A DNA stretch of 64,000 nt from Octopus sinensis (GCF_006345805.1 NC_043011.1:47194464-47258463); one strand, 5' to 3'. Shown: positions 11,075 to 22,711, counted from the first letter of the stretch. Notes: generated by a model not told the origin, from the sequence alone. Made by a program: numbers and translations.

Positions 11075-11470
11075 TTAATCTTATACTTGTTCCAGTTATT
11101 AGACTGTGGTCATGCTGGGGCATTGCCTTGAAGAGTACTTAGTCAACTGAATGAATTGGCCTAGTGTGTTTTTTTAAAGCCTGGTAAATGCTGTATTGGT
11201 CTCTTTTACTGAACTGCTAAGTTACAGTGATGTAAGCAAGCCAACACTGGATGTCAAGCAATGGTAAGGGACAACCATACACACACACAAACATACACGT
11301 ATATATTTGATGGGCTTCTTCCAGTTTCCGTCAACCAAATACACTCACAAAGCTTTGGTCAGTGCAAGGTTATAGTAGAAGACACTTGCCTAAGGTGCCA
11401 TGGAATGAGACTGAACCAGGAACCATTTGGTTGACAAGCAAACTTCTTACCACACAGATAAGCCTCTGCC
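11075..11470 (-). mobile_element. SINE family A (degraded, full length)
   Basis: Both halves plus the internal (CA)n are recognisable. Confidence 0.7.
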
Positions 11471-12127
11471 CGCATTTTATATATATTTGTATATTATATA
11501 TATGTATGTATATAGACACGAGCTCTACAACATATATCAGTTACATTATTCCTGTGTTATAAATATTATATACTTACACATTTTCTTAAAATATGTGTTT
11601 TTGTGTGTTTATGTAGGAATGATAAATTTACAAAAATTAATATCAAAATTTGAAGAAACAACAGACAATAAAATGACTCAAACTTTCGGTAAATTCAAAT
11701 TTATTATACATATCATGTATTGGGATAACTGGGGCTATAAATTTCATTTCTTGAAGCTTATTCAACCGGTTATTAAGATAGAAGGATTCACAGATATTTA
11801 TACCAGAAGATTTGTTCATAAAAGTGGGTGGGAATCAGAGGGTTCATTTATGTAAGAGGATATTGGTATAAATATTTTTTATCTTGAGAAGGAGTGGGAG
11901 GTTACATTTTAAGGATGACTGTATATGTTATAGCAAAATAGAAAGGAAACAGAAAGGAGTAGAAGAAGAAAAATAGTGGGATAAATGGGATTCACTTCTG
12001 TGGATGGAAAAGAAAGAAAAAAGGAGGGTACGATAAAGAGGGAAAATAAAGGAAAAGCAAAAACGAAGCAAACATGGAAAAAAAAAGATGAGGGGTGAGC
12101 AGGAAATAAAACGATAAACGTTGTCCT

Positions 12128-12255
12128 TTTCAAGCCTAGCCAAGCTCATGGGCCCGGTTTCCTGGTTTCTGTGGCGTATGTGTTCCCCCCAGCTGGATGG
12201 GATGCCAGTCCATCGCAGCGTTACTCAAGAAACAGGAAGAGAGAGAGAGTGAGAG
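12128..12255 (-). mobile_element. SINE family E 3' part
   Basis: Reverse complement of gtaacgctgcgatggactggcatcccatccagctgg...gggcccatgagcttggctaggctt. Confidence 0.8.
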
Positions 12256-12274
12256 AATGTTGTGGCAAAAGAGT

Positions 12275-12431
12275 ACAGGATTTATTCTTTGTAAGCCTAG
12301 TATTTATTCTATCAGTCTCTTTTGCCGAACCGCTAAGTTACAGGAACATAAACACACCAACATCAGTTGTCAAGTGAAAGTGGAGGGACAAACACAGCAA
12401 ACACAGACACACAAGTACACACACACACATA

Positions 12432-12476
<45 letters not shown>

Positions 12477-12640
12477 GATGAGATTCTTTCAGTTTCTGTC
12501 TACCAAATCAAATCCACTCACTTAGTTGGCCCTAGGCTATAGTAGAAGATGCTTGCCCAATGTGCCACATAGTGAAACTGAATACAGAACTATGTGGTTG
12601 GGAAGCAAGCTTCTTACCACACAGCCACTCCTAGGCCTAT
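12275..12640 (-). mobile_element. SINE family A
   Basis: Matches the consensus of the other A copies. Confidence 0.8.
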
Positions 12641-12855
12641 ATACAGGCATACCTCACCCGATGTCATTAATTGGTTCCAGGAGAACTAACTTGTCTCTAG
12701 GCTAGTCTAGGCTGAATTTACTTTACTCTAGGCTAAACCAATAATAACCATTCCCATTTCTGTACTTTATGAAAGCATTTTCAATAATACATTGTTAATG
12801 AAAAGCGATTATAAGCTTACAAACAAATGATTTTTATTTTTTAATACAGTACATC

Positions 12856-13290
12856 ATCATCATCATCATCATCATCGTTTAGCATCCGTTTTCCATGCTA
12901 GCATGGGTTGGACGGTTCAACTGGGGTCTGTGAAGCCAGAAGGCTTCATCAGGCCCAGTCAGATCTGGCAGTGTTTCTACGGCTGGATGCCCTTCCTAAC
13001 GCCAACCACTCCGTGAGTGTAGTGGGTGCTTTTTACGTGCCACCCGCACAGGTGCCAGACAGAGCTGGCAAACGGCTACGAACGGATGGTGCTTTTTATG
13101 TGCCACCGGCACGGGGGCCAGGCGAGGCTGGCAACGGACACGAATGGATGGTGCTTTTTACGTGCCACCGGCACGAGGCCAGTCGGGGCGGCACTGGCAA
13201 CGGTCGCGAACGGATGGTTCTCTTACATGCCACCGGATCTGGTAACACATCTGCAACTTCCATTGATCGATTTCGATTCTGATCCTCACT
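12856..13290 (-). mobile_element. SINE family C with ~58-bp internal tandem repeats
   Basis: ggtgctttttacgtgccacc...ggcaacgg..acgaacggat about four times in 13025-13235. Confidence 0.85.
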
Positions 13291-13978
13291 TGCCTCAACA
13301 GAAAAAAAAAAACAGCAATCTAAATTTACGAATACAGTTTGGTAGTGCTTACCGTACATCGCGAATGCTTTATTTATGAATGCAGTTTGCAATAAGACAT
13401 GGTAAAATAAAAGCCTTTTTGAAACTTAAAAAAACAAATTCAGTAATCTTTATTATTTCACAATAGTAAAAAAATTAATTATTTTTAATTTACTAATATG
13501 ACCATACAATTTGGTGATTCCATGACTTCTTGATTTCGTTCACTAAGCTACACTACTTTATGGTGTGTATCTTAACATTTACTGTACATATTTTAATATG
13601 ATTGTATGTGCTTTTATTCTTATTTGTCGTACAGTAACATGATTTTATGCACTTTTAACGGTTTTCTGGTGATTTTACACTACCAATATTCGTGGTGGAC
13701 AGAGGTAAAGTTGAGTAAAGTGACTAAATTTATTTTAATTTTTCCGTATATTATTTTTGAAAACTAATGTATAATTGAAACGACTTAAGCTGAGGTATGC
13801 CTGTATATATATTATGTATATGTACTCTGCATTGCATTAGTATGTGAGTTTTGTGTATGTGTTTGTGCATGTGAATAGTAGATGTAGGTGAGTTAATATA
13901 TATATGGAAGGTGTGTGAAGTTAATAAAGCTGTATAAGCATATTTGTGTAGTATCTGTATGGTTGTTGCATGTATATA

Positions 13979-14358
13979 CACTTGCGTCAGAAATTAATTA
14001 GCACTTCTCAAATTTCTACATTAAATAGGTTAAATCAATTAACCTATGAGCTGTTCAAAACGTCTTACGCGATGAGAAAACTTAGTATGGTGTGATTTCG
14101 GTCCTTGCGAGGCACTACCTATATCTATTAAACAAAGGAAGATTTGTCTGCATCCGCACTCCAAGTTGTTGTTGCACTGCTATGTCAACATCATAAGGCT
14201 GTAGACTCTCAAACTGCTCTGCAAACAAAGTTACATCATCGTTCTGCGCAACAGTGAACTCGCAACAAAGCAATAGTTCGAGATATGGCCACTAGGTGAC
14301 AGCACATACCTTGAGTGAAGAGCAAATCAAGGGTGCTAATTAATTTCTGACGGTAGTG
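13979..14358. mobile_element. Non-autonomous Tc1-like element
   Basis: 26-bp TIR cact..cgtcagaaattaattagcac (24/26); TA at 13977-13978 and 14359-14360. Confidence 0.85.
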
Positions 14359-14830
14359 TATATGCATGTATTTGTATGTGTTCTATACATGCATGGCTTG
14401 TAGTAATAGCATATACACTGCATATTTATGACAATATAGTTGCATGGGTGTCTATGTATGCATGTATTTATGTAAGTATGAAGGTATATATATATATATA
14501 TATAAATTTAAACATACATGAATGTTGAGTGCTGTAGATATAAATATGCATGTGTAATTTCGTATGTATGTGCATACGTGTATATATGTATGCATGCTTG
14601 CATGTATGCCTGAATGTGTGTGTGTTTACATGTATGAATGTATGTATGTTTGCATGTATGTCTGTATGTTTGCATGTATCTATGTATTTATGAATGTATG
14701 TATGTTTGCATGCATGTATGTATGCATACATGTATGTATGTATGCATGTGTGATGTTTGCATGTATGTATCTATGTATTTATGAATGTATGTATGTATGT
14801 TTGCATGCATGTATTTATGTTTGTTTGCAT

Positions 14831-14934
14831 GTATATATGTTTGCATGTATGTATGCATTTATGAATGTATGTATATATGTTTGCATGTATGTATGCATTT
14901 ATGAATGTATGTATATATGTTTGCATGTATGTAT
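14831..14934. repeat. 40-bp minisatellite (about 2.6 units) within a degenerate (TATG)n field
   Basis: gtatatatgtttgcatgtatgtatgcatttatgaatgtat repeated exactly. Confidence 0.85.
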
Positions 14935-15167
14935 CTTATTTCTTTATTGCCCACAAGGGGCTAAACATAGAGGGGACAAACAAGGACAGACAAGGAGATT
15001 AAGTCGATTACATCGACCCCAGTGCATAACTGGTACTTAACATATCGACCCCGAAAGGATGAAATGCAAAGTCAACTTCGGCCGAATTTGAACTCAGAAC
15101 CTAACAGCAGTAGAAATACCACTAAGCATTTTGCCAGTGTGCTAACGCTTCTGCCAGCTCACCGCCT
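14935..15167 (-). mobile_element. SINE family B
   Basis: Full length; probable 10-bp TSD catgtatgta (14924-14933, 15170-15179). Confidence 0.9.
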
Positions 15168-15613
15168 TTCATGTATGTAAGCACGCATATATATTTGCAT
15201 GCATGTATATATGTATGTATCACCCTATTTATTTTTATTTTTCTCTCTGTATTTACCTGAGTGTGATGGAGCTGAAATAACAAATACTAAAGTAACTGTC
15301 AATTAGTTTCAATATGTCGATATTAAACTTATATTTCTAAGGTCAGTGGTTATTACTATAAATAATACCATTTCCAGACTGTTAACCTCATCTTATCTGA
15401 GGTACTATCATTATTAGGAAGCAAAAAACAAACAAAAAAAAGAAAAATGCTTTACTGTATTTGTTTCATTTAGCTTTTTATATTCTGATTTGAAATCCAA
15501 CTAATTTTAGTTTCCTTTTTAATCCTTTCAGGGTCAGTGAAATAAAGTACCAGTCAAATACTAGGTTTTTTTTGCCATTAATTAACCCCACCGCCACTTT
15601 TAAAATTGCTCAC

Positions 15614-16010
15614 AAGTGGCTGGGTGGTAAAGTAGCTTGCTTACGAACCACATGGTTCTGGGTTCAGTCCCACTGCGTGGTACCTTGGGCAAGTGTCTTC
15701 TACTATAGCCTCGGGACGACCAAAGCCTTGTGAGTGGATTTGGTAGAGGGAAACTGAAAGAAGCCCGTCGTATATATGTATATATATACATATATATCTG
15801 TGTGTGTGTTTGTGTTTGTCTCCCCAGCATCGCTTGACAACCGATGCTGGTGTGTTTATGTCCCTGTAACTTAGCAGTTTGGCAAAAGAGACTGATAGAA
15901 TAAGTACTAGGCTTACAAAGAATAAGTCCTGGGGTCAATTTGCTTGGCTAAAGGCGGTGCTCCGGCATGGCCACAGTCAAATGATTGAAACAAGTAAAAG
16001 AATAAAAGAA
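15614..16010 (+). mobile_element. SINE family A
   Basis: tRNA-like head, internal (TA)(TG)n, gtaaaaga tail. Confidence 0.9.
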
Positions 16011-16034
16011 TTATTATCATTATTATATTAGGGT

Positions 16035-16250
16035 GGTAAGGTGGACAAAATGCTAAGTGGTGGTGAGCATGTTGGCATTTCATCCACCTTTGCATTCTGA
16101 GTTCAAATTCCACTAAGGTTGACTTTGCCTTTCATCCTTTTGGGTTTGATATATTATGTACCAGCTGAACACTGGGAATTGATGCAGTCGACTCGAGCCC
16201 ACTCCAAAATTTCTGGCCATGTGCCTTTAGTATAAAGGCTTATTATTATT
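16035..16250 (+). mobile_element. SINE family B variant (B2 tail ...aaaatttctggccatgtgcc)
   Basis: ctgagttcaaattcc...gactttgcctttcatccttt core. Confidence 0.7.
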
Positions 16251-16635
16251 AGGGGTTAGCCATATTTAAATGGCAAATATACATCACGATGTGTTGCAGC
16301 TACTGTTTATAACTCGCTCTAAGATTTATTATTGCTTGCTTACACTTTTTCGATATCAGTGTCTGTACGATACTGGAAAAAGGATATGTATTTGTGAAGG
16401 GAACCTACTTTTCATTGACAACTGTGATTGTCACATGCTGATGACAGGTCAATAATCAGAAACTCGAGTCCGTGTGTATCATAAGTTGAAGATGGGAAGG
16501 ATGGCTTCCCTTTGCAAATACTGATAGGGCACAGTAATTGTGTCTATAGCCAGCTGGAGGAGGTGTCCTCCTGGGGCTACAAACTACAGTAGCATCCACC
16601 CTTAGGGGTAAGCCATATTTAAATGGCAAATATAC
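16249..16635 (+). mobile_element. 353-bp-period unit with 34-bp terminal direct repeat and internal hammerhead (Penelope pLTR/retrozyme-like)
   Basis: ttaggggt.agccatatttaaatggcaaatatac at 16249-16282 and 16602-16635 (33/34); same family at 24563-25095. Confidence 0.7.
16432..16476 (+). ncRNA. Type-I hammerhead motif
   Basis: CACAUG-CUGAUGA-cagguc aauaauca-GAAAC-UCGA-GUC-CGUGUG: 6-bp stem I, palindromic ACUCGAGU stem III, GUC site; stem II weak. Confidence 0.65.
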
Positions 16636-16792
16636 GCCTTATTATAATTATTATTATTAGTAATAGTAAGGCTGTGAGCCAGTGGAATCGTTTGCACACT
16701 GGATGAAATGCTTAGCAGTATTTCATCCGTTGCTATTATCTGAGTACAAATTTTGCTGATTTCAACTTTGCTTTTATCTTTAAAAAGCAAGG

Positions 16793-17110
16793 TGAAGGCA
16801 CATGGCTCAGTGGTTAGAGCATTAGGCTCACAACTACGAGGTAGTGAGTTCGAATCCCAGAGTAGGCCGTGTTGTTTTCTTGAGCAAGTCACTTTATTTC
16901 ATGTTGCTCCAGTTCACTCAGCTGTAGAAATGAGTTGCAATATCACTGGTGCCAAGCTGTATTGGCCTTTCCTTTGCTTTGGGTAACATTGGGGGAGTGG
17001 GTGACTGCTGGTCTTCCATAAACAACTTTGCCTGGACTTTTGCCTTGGAGGGGAAGTTTGTAAGGGCAATCGCCCCATGATCGTTCATGGCTGAAAGGGA
17101 TCATTATCTT
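16793..17110 (+). mobile_element. SINE family D (tRNA head, cttgagcaag core), tail type 1
   Basis: tggctcagtggttag A box, gttcgaatcc B box. Confidence 0.75.
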
Positions 17111-17425
17111 TTACTCTTTGAGGGTAGACAAAACGTTGCTGTATTGCATTTCAGTAAATTTTATGAAAAAAGAGTGAAACTGGTATGGCTAAATGTGCCT
17201 ACACTGACTCCATGGTTGTAGATTGATGTAAGAACTAAGAGAAGATATTTGTCTTTGGTACATTATGATCATCTGAGGTTTTGTGTGCAGGGTTATGCAT
17301 AGCCCTGTATAGATGCTTCTTATTTTGGGAAGTGCCTCATGGGTCAATTTAGAGCCCCACACACAAGTTAATAATTAAAGCTTTATGATAATCTCAATTT
17401 GGCAAATTATATAATAATTATAATG

Positions 17426-17468
<43 letters not shown>

Positions 17469-17873
17469 AATTATTGTATACAGTGCGCAGGTATGATTTT
17501 TGAAGTTTTGATTAATGTTAATTAAACACAGTATATAATTTTGGACATTTTATAATCTCAGTTGAATAATATATAAAATTAAATTGCTGATAATCTCAGT
17601 TAAATGTTTATATTATAATACTAATCAAAGAGTTGAGAAATAATAGAATAAACAAAATAGAAATATCTAGAGATGGCTTTTTTTCCCCCCTCCACTCTTG
17701 TCTTATGTTTTATTGCCAAACATGAAAGGAACATTTATCATGTTGAAATGTTTGTTATGGAATCACAGGATTGGTGAACAAAGAAACATCTCAGTTGGAA
17801 ATCATCGAATCATATTGGCATTATCCGCTTCACTTGTCAAAAACTGTAAACTGTAATCAACACACACACATAC

Positions 17874-17960
17874 TAATAAATAATAATAATAATAATAACA
17901 ATAATAATAATAATAATAATATTAATAATAATAATATTAATAATAATAATAATAATGATG

Positions 17961-18010
<50 letters not shown>
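17874..18010. repeat. (AAT)n microsatellite
   Basis: Direct inspection. Confidence 0.95.
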
Positions 18011-18012
<2 letters not shown>

Positions 18013-18073
18013 ACCTGATATGTTGGGTTTTTGATATTTGTTGCCACTGAGCAAACTTGCAGCGCAAAGGGAG

Positions 18074-18085
18074 TATGACGTCATA
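18074..18085. promoter_or_regulatory. Full CRE (TGACGTCA) within the 12-bp palindrome TATGACGTCATA
   Basis: Motif match only. Confidence 0.2.
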
Positions 18086-18436
18086 ACATCTAAGGGAAAT
18101 AATTCATGGAAGCAGCAGTTTTTGTTTAATGAACTAAATGATTCTGCAAAAACAGTGGAATCCTACCCGCAAGTCTTGTGATGGGCTGTGTTTGCAAGCA
18201 GTACTACAAAAAAATTCAAACTGTGAAATAAATAAATTGTATGCTGTGAGGAAAAGAGAAATTTAATATTTCAGCCAGAACCCTATATCAGCGAGAGGGG
18301 TGAGTGTTTACTAAAGATATTCATGGATAAACAATTTATTTTGAAAATGACAACATTTACTACAAACAAATTCCTCAAAATGATTTCATGTGTTCCATCA
18401 CCATAACATGAAAATATAACCATACAATTCAAACCA

Positions 18437-18760
18437 ACATTATTTACGTTATTTACATTTGACGGATATTTGTCCTCATCTTGTTTGTTGTTAACATGTT
18501 TCGGCTGACATATTCTCCAGCCTTCATCAGGTGTCTTGGGGAAATTTCGAACCTGGGTTTTCATTCCTAAAGTATTTTTCAATTTTATTATTATTATTAT
18601 TATTTAGGTCACTGCCTGGAATCGAGCTCGAAATCTTGGGGTTAGCCTGCGCCCTTAACCACTACGGCATGTGCCTGTGGGCATATGAATGCCGGAGGGT
18701 ATATGAGCCGAAACGTTGTGTTAATAACAAACAAGATGAGGACAAATAATTCCTCATCTC
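18437..18760 (-). mobile_element. tRNA-headed, hammerhead-bearing short retroposon with an inverted partial copy at its 5' end
   Basis: Minus strand: A/B-box head (18606-18670), (AAT)n, hammerhead core (18490-18537), aaatgtaaataa tail; plus-strand partial repeat 18691-18760. Confidence 0.75.
18490..18537 (-). ncRNA. Hammerhead core (3' end damaged in this copy)
   Basis: GACAC-CUGAUGA-A-GGCUG(10 nt)CAGCC-GAAAC; the missing GUU-GUGUU end is present in the inverted copy at 18710-18722. Confidence 0.65.
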
Positions 18761-18765
18761 TTAAA

Positions 18766-19028
18766 TCTATCTATCCTTTCAGTCGAAATCGACTCTCGGT
18801 TACTTGATGGATCAGTATTCTCCAGCCAGCTCTATCCTGGGTCACCTTTTACAGATTGGCTATGGCCATACACATGTTACTCTTGATGGTATCAAGCCAG
18901 CGGGTTCTTGGTCGGCCTTTTCCTCTCTTGCCACTGACCATTTCGAGCATGATGTCTTTCTAAAGGGTTTTTCTCCGCATAATATGACCAAAATATGCCA
19001 ATCTATGCTTGGTGATCCTAGCTTCTAG
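18766..19028 (-). pseudogene. RTE-clade (BovB-like) LINE 3' fragment
   Basis: LEARITKHRLAYFGHIMRRKTL*KDIMLEMVSGKRGKGRPRTRWLDTIKSNMCMAIANL*KVTQDRAGWRILIHQVTESRFRLKG*; YFGH...GRPR.RWLD...DR..WR motifs; (GATA) tail. Confidence 0.9.
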
Positions 19029-19156
19029 CATTCACATCAAAGCCAAACCCAACAATATCACATTGTTACAAATCTCTTAAATATAGAACTGAATTCAAAC
19101 TAAGTTTAATAAGGGCGACTTGCTGTAGATTCTTACTGTAGTAAAACATGAATGTG

Positions 19157-19430
19157 AAGGCATGTGGCCTAGTGGTTAATGTATACAGCTCATGATCATA
19201 AGGTTATGAGTTCAATTTCTAGCAGCATTCTGTGTCCTTGAGCAAGACTCTTTATTTCACATTGCTCCAGTGCACTCATCTGGCAAAAATGAGTTGTCAC
19301 ACTCTGTGTCATTCTGAATCTCCTCGGGAACTATGTAAAGGGTATATATGTCTGTGGAATACTCAGCCACTTGCATGTTAATTTCAACTGGAATCCTTGT
19401 CATCATAACTGATGCTGTGTCAGTTATTAA
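19157..19430 (+). mobile_element. SINE family D, tail type 2
   Basis: Matches 56946-57270. Confidence 0.75.
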
Positions 19431-20037
19431 ACATGATGTTTATGGGGGGTTTGTTTCTATTATTTTAGAGAAGAGGTAGAATGGTCAAGTAAGTGAACCA
19501 CTGAAATACTAACTCATAATTTGTTTCTTTCATACTATAGATTTAAGCAACTGGTTAAGATGTTCAGTCTCTAACCATGTGGTTTCAGGTTCAGTCCAAC
19601 TGCAAGGCACCTTCAGCAAGTTTCTTCTGCGAGGCTGAGCAAAACCTTGTGAGTGAATTTGGTGGACAGAAATTCAAAGAAGTCCCCTGTATGTATGTGA
19701 ATGCATGCATATGTCTGTACTTGTGTCTCACTGTCTTGACATCTCATGATAGGTGTAAATTTGCATTCCTATCATACAGGTGTATCTTTCATTTCTTATT
19801 TCCTGTGTAATTACGTCTGGAAATATTAACCTGCTTTGAAACAGGTGGATGCTGCTAACAGAATGGCATCTGTCCATACAAAATCTGCCTCAACCAATTC
19901 CATCTGACCCATGCAAGTATTGGAGAGTGAAAGTTAAAATAACGATGGTGATAATGATATCTGATACACACACACATATACCTACCTACCTACCTCCCCC
20001 TCTCTCTATGCTTACATACATACATACATACATACAT

Positions 20038-20074
<37 letters not shown>

Positions 20075-20169
20075 TGCTCTACAAGAGTGTAGTTCTCCGG
20101 ATTTATGTTTTCTACAAATGATATATATGTATATATATATATATATATAATATCTGATATATGATTTTA

Positions 20170-20445
20170 TATTTTTCACTGGCTCTTGTGCAGGTGGCAC
20201 ATAAAAAGCACCATTTGAGCATGGCTGTTGCCAGTACCACCTAACTGGCCCTCGTGCCGGTGGCACATAAAAGCACCCACTACATTCTCGGAGTGGTTGG
20301 CATTAGGAAGGGCATCTAGCTGTAGAAACTTTGCCAGATCAGATTGGAGTCTGGTGCAGCCATCAGGTTTGCCAGACCCCAGTCAAATCGTCCAACCCAT
20401 GCTAGCATGGAAAGCGGACATTAAACGATGATGACGATGATGATT
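20170..20445 (+). mobile_element. SINE family C
   Basis: ggcattaggaagggcatctagctgtagaaac...aaacgatgatg. Confidence 0.85.
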
Positions 20446-21005
20446 TTTCATATGTATCTGACTATTATATCATATATATTTTTATATATCACATATATGT
20501 CCGAAAAAACAATGAATTCTGTATTATTCTGTTCATTTAATTAGGGGGGATAACCTCTAATCTTTATTGCAATGTGATAGTCTCATGTCCTCACCACAGA
20601 AAACTTTTTATCATTGATATAAGAGATTTTGTGAGGATTGTATACTGTAAAGCTAATGAATGATTAATTGAAAGACGGCAGACTTGCCTAGACAATACCA
20701 TTTTATGGTCAGAAAGTTTAATTTTGACTGAGAATGTTAGACATGCTGTGAGAATATAAATATATCACAGCCCAAATATTTGAATCATGTGCGGAAAAAA
20801 AAAAGAAAGAAAGATCGATCTACACAGCTTAATTGTGTCAAAAGAGCATTTGGAATATGGAATATGTTACTGGTCAGTCTTCTAAATCCCCCAAATTAGC
20901 TATATGGCCTCGTAGTGTTGCTGGAGCTTCATGATGTCTGAATATAGCAACAATCATTCTTTTGAATGGCAATGAGCAATCTAAGTAGTCTTTAATGTGT
21001 TACAG

Positions 21006-21154
21006 AAGCTTTGCAAAAATTTATTCCCGAAGTGGATGGAAATCTCATCAGATGTAATATTAGATCCACTGAAGTTGCTAATCTTGTCACTGTTAGAGGA
21101 GACCAGTGGCAAAGGTGAACAGACTTATATTGGAAGTAGTATAGCACATGTATT
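21006..21154 (+). other. Candidate coding exon of an unidentified gene
   Basis: tgttacag acceptor; donors AAG|GTGAAC (21114) or ATT|GTGAGT (21154); two plus frames open (..ALQKFIPEVDGNLIRCNIRSTEVANLVTVRGDQWQ.. or KLCKNLFPKW...IAHV). Confidence 0.25.
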
Positions 21155-21729
21155 GTGAGTCAAATGTTATGTGTGTGTGTGTGTGTGTGTACATATACAT
21201 AATAATAATGATATTCAGTCACTTCTCAAAACAGAGGTAGTTCACTTGACTGAGCAGCTGAAATACCACAAACGATGATGATATATATATATATATATGT
21301 ATATAAAAGTAACATCGAAGGATCAAGGTATAGGAAGAAGGCTATTTTCAAGTAAATCGTAGAAAATATAATAAAATAACTTTCAGGAAAAATAGCAGTT
21401 TATAGAGGTGGAAGGTTGCAGATTTTTTTCATATCAAATTATTGTAAGGTGAAAAAAATTGTTTTATATTTCACAGTAGGCAGCCAGGAGACTTGTAAGT
21501 AAAATTCAAGAATTAAGGAATGGAGTAGATAATATCTGGGCTACACATGTTTCATACACACACAAATGCTACTGTGTGTATATATATATATAAACAAAAT
21601 ACAGTAAATGAATTGATTGCATCGCAATCCTTAACATTTATATATTAACTTTGTTGGGTACTTCACTAGAAGGTATATTGGATATATGTTATCCCATGGA
21701 GGGTTGCATTTACAACCCCTATCTCAATT

Positions 21730-21777
<48 letters not shown>

Positions 21778-21779
21778 TA

Positions 21780-21990
21780 TAAAGTTAATCCAAACATGAA
21801 AACACAGAGAAAACACAACAACGCGAGGACGTGGAACAAATATAGTATTATTGGACGCTCAGGAAGGAAGGGAAGAAGGAGGGTTTTACGTTTCGAGCGG
21901 AGCTCTTCGTCAGAAACATAGGAGAAGGAAAGATCCAGAGAAGGGAAAACGGAGGGGAAAAAAATCGCCAATGGTACACACGCGGTCGTG
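21780..21990 (-). mobile_element. Short Penelope-like repeat with an intact hammerhead
   Basis: Related to the 3955/30908 family by the shared cctgagcg...taatac block. Confidence 0.6.
21883..21917 (-). ncRNA. Minimal type-I hammerhead ribozyme motif (best preserved in the window)
   Basis: GUUU-CUGACGA-A-GAGC(UCC)GCUC-GAAAC-GUA-AAAC: all core nucleotides present, perfect stems I and II, palindromic ACGU stem III. Confidence 0.75.
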
Positions 21991-22244
21991 CGCACGTGTG
22001 TGTGTGTGAGATATGTAAATACACTAACATATATGCAATACATGGTATATGTATGCTCACATGTTTGTATGTATGTAACACACTCCTTGCTCACTTCTCT
22101 CCCCAAACCCAGCCACAAATAATCATTGAATATTTTAGAGGATCAATTTTTACGGAACCAACCAAAGTCATATGAAGAGATACAAACAGTTATCAACAAC
22201 ACAGAAATTCATAAAATTTGTCATATATATATATATATATTAAG

Positions 22245-22387
22245 GTGTAAGTAGCTTGCTAACCAACCACATGGTTCCGGGTTCAGACCCACTGCGTGGC
22301 ATCTTGGGCAAGTGTCTTCTGCTATAGCCCCAGGCTGACCAATGCCTTGTGAGTGGATTTGGTAGACGGAAACTGAAAGAAGCCTGT

Positions 22388-22438
<51 letters not shown>

Positions 22439-22657
22439 TTGTGTGTCTGTGTTTGTCCCCCTAGCATTGCTTGACAACCGATACTGGTGTGTTTACGTCC
22501 CTGTCACTTAGCGGCTCGGCATAAGAGACCGACAGAATAAGTACTGGGCTTAGAAAGAATAAGTCCCGGGGTCGATTTGCTCGACTAAAAGGCGGTGCTC
22601 CAGCATGGCCGCAGTCAAATGACTGAAACAAGTAAAAGAGTAAAAGAGTAAAAGAGT
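22245..22657 (+). mobile_element. SINE family A
   Basis: Full body, (TA)n insert, (gtaaaaga)3 tail. Confidence 0.9.
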
Positions 22658-22666
22658 AATACATAT

Positions 22667-22711
<45 letters not shown>

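Noticed and set aside
11427-11855. 142-aa ORF; the part at ~11618-11851 has AG/GT borders
   Set aside because: Starts in a SINE and microsatellite; no recognisable domain; open frames of this length are expected by chance in 64 kb.
12935-12955. CUGAUGA followed by an AGCC/GGCU hairpin (minus)
   Set aside because: No GAAA or stem III; it is a variant segment of SINE family C.
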